Position numbers and translations under genes: made by a program. Positions 57,236 through 64,000 of a stretch of DNA of 64,000 nucleotides are shown piece by piece. The first letter of the stretch is position 1. Each line of letters starts with the position of its first letter. Source of the stretch: an uncultured Collinsella sp. (GTDB lineage Bacteria > Actinomycetota > Coriobacteriia > Coriobacteriales > Coriobacteriaceae); contig CAUGJN010000001.1 in the NCBI GenBank assembly GCA_959599635.1, positions 8,406 to 72,405 of the forward strand, read 5' to 3'. The notes under the pieces are model-generated. The model searched no databases and was not told where the DNA came from. It worked only from the letters and a program-made list of their open reading frames with translations.

Positions 57236-58726
57236 ATGAGCAAATACATCATCGGAATCGATCAGTCCACACAGGGTACTAAGGCGCTGCTGGTGGACGA
57301 GGGCGGCCATCTGATCCATCGCGCCGACCGCTCACATCGCCAGATTGTCAACGAGGCCGGCTGGGTGAGCCATGACTCGGCCGAGATCGCCGCCAACGTG
57401 CTGGCTGTGGCACGCACCGTGGTGGAGGAGACCGGGGTCGATCCGGCCGACATCGCCGGCATTGGCATCTCTAACCAGCGCGAGACCACCGTTGCCTGGA
57501 ACCGTATGACGGGCGAGCCGCTGTGCGACGCCGTGGTGTGGCAGTGCGCCCGTGCCCGCGAGCTGTGCGACGAGCTGGCCGCGCGCGAGGGCGTGGCCGA
57601 GCTGGTGCGTGACACGACGGGCCTGGTGCTCTCGCCCTACTACCCGGCGGGCAAGATGGCCTGGATCCTCGCGAACGTTCCCGCGGCTGCCGAGGCCGCT
57701 GCAGCGGGCGAGCTGTGCCTGGGCACCATCGATGCCTGGGTGGTCTGGACGCTCACGGGCGGCGCGGAGTTCCGCTGCGACTGGTCCAATGCCAGCCGCA
57801 CGCAGCTCTTTGACCTGCGCCGTGGCTGCTGGAGCGAGCCGGTGTGCGAGGCTTTTGGTGTCGATCCTGCCTGCCTGCCGCAGGTGACCGATTCCGATGG
57901 CCTGTTCGGCACAACGGACCTGGGCGGCTTTTTGCCGGCGCCCGTGCCCATTCACGGTGTGCTCGGCGACAGCCATGCGGCCTTGTTTGCCCAGGGCTGC
58001 CATAGCCGCGGCATGGCCAAGGCGACCTATGGTACCGGCAGCTCGGTCATGATGAACGTTGGCGACGAGTTCGTTGCCAGCTCACACGGGCTTTCGAGCT
58101 CGCTTGCGTGGCGTATGGACGGCGTGACCGAGTACGTGCTCGAGGGCAACGTGAGCTACGCCGGCGCCGTCAAGACATGGCTACGCGACGACCTGGAGCT
58201 CATCAACAATCCCGAGGAAGTCACCGACCTGTGCTACGCCGCCAATCCGGCGAGCCGCGTCTACTTTGTGCCGGCGTTCACTGGCCTGGGCGCGCCGCAC
58301 TGGGCGAGCGATGCCGAGGGCTGCGTCTTTGGCATGACGCGCACCACGGGCCGTGCGGAGTTCGTGAAGGCTGCCGATGAGTCGATCGCCTACCAGATTT
58401 TCGACGTGATCGATGCGATGGTCGAGGATTCGGGCGCGGCGCTTTCCGAGCTTCGTGTTGATGGCGGCCCCACGCGCGATGCGTACCTGATGCAGTTTGA
58501 GAGCGACTTGGTCGGCTCGCCCATCCGCATTGCGAGCAACGACGAGATGAGCGGTCTGGGCGCGGCCTGGGCCTGCGGCATTGCGCTGGGCATGTACACG
58601 CGCGACGTCGTTGACGTCTACGGCGCCCGCGGCATCGTGGAGCCTGCCATGCCTGCCGAGGAACGAGCCAAAAAGATCGCCGGCTGGCGCCATGCCGTCG
58701 AGGCGACTATCGCGTATACCGCCTAG
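57236..58726 (+). CDS. FGGY kinase, glycerol kinase-like (candidate apulose kinase)
   Basis: IDQSTQGTK, ISNQRETT, SNASRT, KATYGTG, PAFTGLGAPHW, RVDGG. Confidence 0.92.
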   Translation: MSKYIIGIDQSTQGTKALLVDEGGHLIHRADRSHRQIVNEAGWVSHDSAEIAANVLAVARTVVEETGVDPADIAGIGISNQRETTVAWNRMTGEPLCDAVVWQCARARELCDELAAREGVAELVRDTTGLVLSPYYPAGKMAWILANVPAAAEAAAAGELCLGTIDAWVVWTLTGGAEFRCDWSNASRTQLFDLRRGCWSEPVCEAFGVDPACLPQVTDSDGLFGTTDLGGFLPAPVPIHGVLGDSHAALFAQGCHSRGMAKATYGTGSSVMMNVGDEFVASSHGLSSSLAWRMDGVTEYVLEGNVSYAGAVKTWLRDDLELINNPEEVTDLCYAANPASRVYFVPAFTGLGAPHWASDAEGCVFGMTRTTGRAEFVKAADESIAYQIFDVIDAMVEDSGAALSELRVDGGPTRDAYLMQFESDLVGSPIRIASNDEMSGLGAAWACGIALGMYTRDVVDVYGARGIVEPAMPAEERAKKIAGWRHAVEATIAYTA

Positions 58727-58892
58727 GCGGCTGCGCGGCGCCCGGGCACCGCATCTTGCCGTTCAAGCCGTCGCTTGCGTACCAAAGTACGCCGCGCTCC
58801 TCTTTCACGGCAACCTGCGGCACCCGGGCGTCGCTCGCCTCCCGCAGGCTATCCCCGGATTCAAAAATTATTGGTTCCTCGTCCCGTGTAGC

Positions 58893-58972
58893 TCATTTGG
58901 GACAGGCCTTTTTTGACTGGTATGATTGGTGCGATCATTCGAACCAGCTAAAAGAGCCCCGTCCTAAATTGA
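58893..58972. repeat. degenerate GGGAC-type inverted repeat
   Basis: tcatttgggacaggcctttttt.. pairs imperfectly with ..aaaagagccccgtcctaaattga. Confidence 0.5.
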
Positions 58973-58990
58973 CTATCGAGAGGATCTGCC

Positions 58991-59479
58991 ATGGAGCGCA
59001 TCGCGAGTTTTTCCGTTGACCATCTGCTGCTTGAGCCCGGCGTGTATGTGAGCCGCATCGACCGCGATCCGGCGACCGGCGCCGCCGTCACCACGTTTGA
59101 CCTGCGCCTGACCACGCCCAACAAAGAGCCGGTCATGAACACGGCCGAGTGCCACACCATCGAGCACCTGGGCGCGACGTTCCTTCGCAATCATGCCGAG
59201 TGGTCGAGTCGTATCGTTTACTTTGGCCCCATGGGCTGCCGCACGGGCTTTTACCTGGTTGTCTTTGGCGAGCTGACGAGCGAGGAGATCTTGCCGCTCG
59301 TACGCGAGCTGTTCGAGTTCGTCGCTGGCTTTGAGGGTGATGTCCCCGGCGCCGCTCCCGAGGAGTGCGGCAACTACCTGGACCAGAACCTCCCCATGGC
59401 AAACTGGCTCGCGCGCCGCTATCTCGACCGTGACCTGGCCGATATCGACGAGAAGCGCCTGCACTACCAGCAGGCGTAA
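58991..59479 (+). CDS. luxS: S-ribosylhomocysteine lyase
   Basis: SFSVDH, HTIEH, GPMGCRTGFY, CGNY. Confidence 0.97.
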   Translation: MERIASFSVDHLLLEPGVYVSRIDRDPATGAAVTTFDLRLTTPNKEPVMNTAECHTIEHLGATFLRNHAEWSSRIVYFGPMGCRTGFYLVVFGELTSEEILPLVRELFEFVAGFEGDVPGAAPEECGNYLDQNLPMANWLARRYLDRDLADIDEKRLHYQQA

Positions 59480-59507
59480 GGGCTTTATCGTCCAAAACGC
59501 GCGCATT

Positions 59508-59540
59508 GGGCGCCTTCGCTTATGCGGGGGCGCCTTTTTG
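59508..59540 (+). terminator. intrinsic terminator
   Basis: ggcgccttcgc-ttat-gcgggggcgcc-ttttt. Confidence 0.8.
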
Positions 59541-59617
59541 TTGAGTGGCCGGGATGAGCGTTCAAAATCGCTCATGTTTGTTCTAGAATGTTTGTATAGT
59601 CACATTTATGAACAGGA

Positions 59618-60268
59618 GTGAACATGCATATCTACTCTGTCAACGATCCCGAGTTCAAATCCTATGGCAACGTTTGGGATAACGTTCCGTCCGTGCTCAC
59701 GTCGCCCGTGCTCGAGGCGCTCTCTGCCACGCCCATCCCCGAGGGCAGTAAGTACGTAGCAAGCGCGCCGGAGCTCGAGGGCGTCAAGGATGCCGACAAA
59801 CTGGGCTTTCTCATGTTTGGCGGCCGCCCCTTCCAGCTCGGCTGGTGCAACGGCCACAACACACGCCTCAACTGCCTGGAGTATCACCGCGCCAGCGAGT
59901 TTAACCTGGGCGCCCGCGACTTTATCCTGCTCGTGGCGCATCGCTGGGAGATCGAGGACGGCAAGCTCGACACCGCGTGCGTCAAGGCGTTCCGCGTGCC
60001 GGCGGGTACGGTCGTCGAAGTCTTCAACACCACGCTCCACTACACGCCGTGCATGGTCGACGATGGCGGCTTCCAGGTGATGGTTGCGCTGCCCGCCGGC
60101 ACCAATGGTCCGCGCCCCGAGGCTGCAGCCGACATGCCTGCCGCCGGTGACAGCTACTGCTACTGGAAGGCCGACAAGTGGGTCCTCTGCCACGCCGACA
60201 GCCCCAAGGCAGCCGAAGGCGGCTACGTGGGCCTCGTCGGCAAGAACCTCGACATCGCCGTGGACTAG
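59618..60268 (+). CDS. DUF4867-like cupin protein
   Basis: FKSYG, GWCNGHNTRLNCLEYHR, TTLHYTPC, LPAGTN, KWVLCH. Confidence 0.75.
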   Translation: MNMHIYSVNDPEFKSYGNVWDNVPSVLTSPVLEALSATPIPEGSKYVASAPELEGVKDADKLGFLMFGGRPFQLGWCNGHNTRLNCLEYHRASEFNLGARDFILLVAHRWEIEDGKLDTACVKAFRVPAGTVVEVFNTTLHYTPCMVDDGGFQVMVALPAGTNGPRPEAAADMPAAGDSYCYWKADKWVLCHADSPKAAEGGYVGLVGKNLDIAVD

Positions 60269-60277
60269 AATCTTCCG

Positions 60278-60412
60278 TCTCGATCTGTAACATCTAGCGG
60301 GCTAAATCGTCTCTACCTGTTACAGATTTAGACAAACTGCGGGGGGCTGCCCGAAAATCTCGATCTGTAACACCAAGCCCGGTTTTGGCTGCCTACCTGT
60401 TACAGATCGAGA
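60278..60412. repeat. array C of alternately inverted 15-bp motif
   Basis: Motifs at 60278(+), 60318(-), 60358(+), 60398(-); all three spacers 25 bp. Confidence 0.95.
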
Positions 60413-60425
60413 CAAACCGTCCCCA

Positions 60426-60460
60426 ACCACCACAAAGGTGCCTGTCCCCTTTGTGGTGGT
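60426..60460 (-). repeat. GGGGAC-loop hairpin
   Basis: Minus strand reads accaccacaaa-ggggacaggcacc-tttgtggtggt. Confidence 0.75.
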
Positions 60461-60609
60461 GTGGGGCGGCGGTATCAGAAAGTGTCAGACGGGGGCGGCT
60501 GCGGGGCGCCTGTGCGCGAAAAGAAGTGTCGACCTGCGCCGTTGCCGTTGAGTAGCGCGCTGCTTACGGAGATACTGAAGCCACGATAAACAGCGTGTGA
60601 AAGGATTGA

Positions 60610-62043
<1,434 letters not shown>

Positions 62044-62071
62044 GCTTTCCCAACAACCACAGCTTCCTAAC

Positions 62072-62112
62072 CAAAACACCCGGCGAGCAGCTTATGCCCG
62101 TCGGGTGTTTTG
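62072..62112 (+). terminator. intrinsic terminator
   Basis: caaaacacccggcg...cgtcgggtgttttg. Confidence 0.7.
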
Positions 62113-62152
62113 TTAAAAGAAGTGAAATAAAGCAAAAGAAGTTAAGAACTAC

Positions 62153-62178
62153 TCATTGGGGACGTTCTTAAACGACTA
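62153..62178 (+). repeat. GGGGAC-type REP-like copy
   Basis: tcattggggacgttcttaaacgacta, identical to 36029-36054. Confidence 0.85.
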
Positions 62179-62264
62179 ATCGCTGGGGGCACCCTTTGCC
62201 GTCGGCGGATTTTGGGACATGTGGCCCGCTTTTTGGGCCCGCCTGTCGGTACACTAAAAGCACT

Positions 62265-64000
62265 ATGGGTACCTGCGAGCGACATATCGGCCACGCGGCC
62301 GCCCGATCCGCACCCGTGGCGGATCCCAGGGGCGGCAGGCTCTTCGCCATGCCGCGATTCCTTGTTGGCATATCGCATGGCGTGTATCGCCGCCGCGTCT
62401 TTGCTATCGCCGGCGCCATCACCGCGCTGTTCCTCATGCTTTTGGCAGTCTTGCCGGCGCTGTTTGCCTCCGACCCCAAGCTTTCCAACGCCGTGCCCGC
62501 CTATAGCGAGGTGTCCGAAGAGGTCGTGGATGCGCTCGTCCACTCGAGCTCTCTCCCGTTGCTTGTCGCCGCAATTATATTTTCGATCTGGGGCGTATCG
62601 GTCTATCTGCGCTGTTTGGACTATGTGTTGCGCCGCCGCCTTGTTGCCGTCGCCACCATCTGCGCCCTCTGGATGATTGAGGTCATCCTCAAATACAAGT
62701 CGTTCACGCCGTTCTATGCCACCGTGCTGTGGTACCTGTACTACGTGCCCATGACGCTCATTCCGCTGCTCTACCAGCTGTGCGGCCTGCGCCTTGCGGG
62801 GCTGGAACAACACCGTACGGGCCGTCGCTATCGCAGCATCCTGTGGGTCGTGGCCATCCTACTTATCGGTTTTGTGCTCACCAACGATTTCCACCGGCAG
62901 GTATTCCACTTTGACCGTGCAAGCGACACCTGGAGCAACGATTACACATATGGCTGGGGCTATTTTGCTGTCTTGGTGTGGACGGCCTTTAACTTCGCGG
63001 CCTTTTTTATCCTGGTGGGTCGGTCCTCGTCCTTTCGCATTCAGCGCTTTTCGGGCACGGCGGCGCTTGTTTTGTTGGGTGGCGCGTTCTTTGCCATCTC
63101 GTATGCTCTGCGCGTGCCCTGGGCATGGAGGCTCAACTTCTCGCTCGTCTATTGCGTCTTGTGCGTGGTGGCGATGGAAATCTGTCTCGATTGCGGTGTC
63201 ATTCCGTCATATCACGACATTGCTGGCATCTTCGACACCTTGCCGCTCGACCTCAAAGTTCTAACGCGCGACCTGCAGGAAGTCTATGTCACACCGGTGT
63301 CGAAGCCAATGCCGGCGGGCGTGTGCGAAGAGCTTCGGGCCCAGGAACACGGGCATGCCCATGCCTTTGCCGTGGCGTCCGATCCCGATGTAATGTATCG
63401 CGCCTTTCCGCTGCTGGGCGGATCGGCCCTGCTTGCCCAAGACGTGTCGGAGCTCAACGAGCTTAACCGTGAACTGGCACATCGTCGCATGGAGCTGCAG
63501 CGCCAAAATGAGCTGCTCACGGCCGACTACGATCTTAAGACGCATCTGGCAGATCAAGAGGCCGAGACCTTGCTCGTTCAAGACGTGGACCAGGCGCTTG
63601 CCCGCGCGTTCGAAGAGATGTACGACCTGCTGAGCTCGCTGCCACCGTTGACCGACGAGGCGTCTTCGCACGAGCGTTACCGCATGCTGCAGCGCGCCAA
63701 GATGCTCGTCGCCTATTGCAAGCGCAAAGGGTCGCTCACGTTGGCACAGCACGGGGAGAGCGGTTTTGATCGCGACCGCATTCAACTCATTGCTAATGAG
63801 CTCGCAAGCGACCTGCGCACCATCGATGTCGATTGCGCCTCGATTATCGCCATACGGCGCCCGATGCACGCCAGTACGGTAAGCGCCCTGTACGACTGCG
63901 TGTATGACTTTGCGTTTTTTGCCTACACCACCGACCATCCGGCGCTTATGTATCACTTGGGCGACCATGACCGGTGCAGTGTCGAGCTGCGCGCCACGCT
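62265..64000 (+). CDS. membrane sensor with HisKA_7TM-like N-terminus, partial (runs off the window; absent from the ORF track)
   Basis: Manual translation from ATG 62265 gives WYLYYVPMTLIP, VLTNDFHRQVF, YTYGWGY and later a coiled-coil segment; exact start uncertain. Confidence 0.75.
   Translation, partial: MGTCERHIGHAAARSAPVADPRGGRLFAMPRFLVGISHGVYRRRVFAIAGAITALFLMLLAVLPALFASDPKLSNAVPAYSEVSEEVVDALVHSSSLPLLVAAIIFSIWGVSVYLRCLDYVLRRRLVAVATICALWMIEVILKYKSFTPFYATVLWYLYYVPMTLIPLLYQLCGLRLAGLEQHRTGRRYRSILWVVAILLIGFVLTNDFHRQVFHFDRASDTWSNDYTYGWGYFAVLVWTAFNFAAFFILVGRSSSFRIQRFSGTAALVLLGGAFFAISYALRVPWAWRLNFSLVYCVLCVVAMEICLDCGVIPSYHDIAGIFDTLPLDLKVLTRDLQEVYVTPVSKPMPAGVCEELRAQEHGHAHAFAVASDPDVMYRAFPLLGGSALLAQDVSELNELNRELAHRRMELQRQNELLTADYDLKTHLADQEAETLLVQDVDQALARAFEEMYDLLSSLPPLTDEASSHERYRMLQRAKMLVAYCKRKGSLTLAQHGESGFDRDRIQLIANELASDLRTIDVDCASIIAIRRPMHASTVSALYDCVYDFAFFAYTTDHPALMYHLGDHDRCSVELRAT

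Noticed and set aside
57236..58726. Calling this gene glpK
   Set aside because: Glycerol-kinase-like, but VVWQC and GDSH variants and the isomerase/transketolase context point to another sugar substrate.
62142..63968. Several short ORFs listed near the right end
   Set aside because: Better explained by one plus-strand membrane sensor gene from about 62265 that runs off the window.

Overview
GC-rich window that looks like a Coriobacteriaceae (Collinsella-like) gut actinobacterium chromosome; the taxon is inferred from composition and gene content. Layout: (1) the right end of an integrated element (Zn-finger gene end, small membrane protein, tyrosine integrase, attR = 3' half of tRNA-fMet); (2) an uncharacterised anaerobic redox cluster (FAD_binding_2 reductase, NuoG/GltD-type flavo-Fe-S fusion, degenerate NuoF-like protein, flavone-reductase-like flavoprotein, PucR regulator); (3) an HGDR-motif old yellow enzyme, probably bilirubin reductase BilR; (4) an orphan IS3-type OrfA; (5) an Ech [NiFe]-hydrogenase operon with fused EchA-EchB; (6) a 2179-aa VWA/Spy0128-repeat LPxTG adhesin; (7) a two-component system and two ABC exporters; (8) housekeeping, envelope and Mg transport genes; (9) ribokinase, nucleoside hydrolase and a LacI-linked isomerase/transketolase/kinase operon (candidate D-apiose pathway); (10) luxS, a GH1 enzyme and a partial 7TM sensor. 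Intergenic DNA holds three families of palindromic repeats: arrays of an alternately inverted 15-bp motif at fixed 25-26 bp spacing, 154-bp hairpins with a conserved core but exchanged arms, and GGGGAC-loop hairpins. No CRISPR array, intact tRNA or rRNA was seen. All family assignments come from motif recognition by eye, not database searches.
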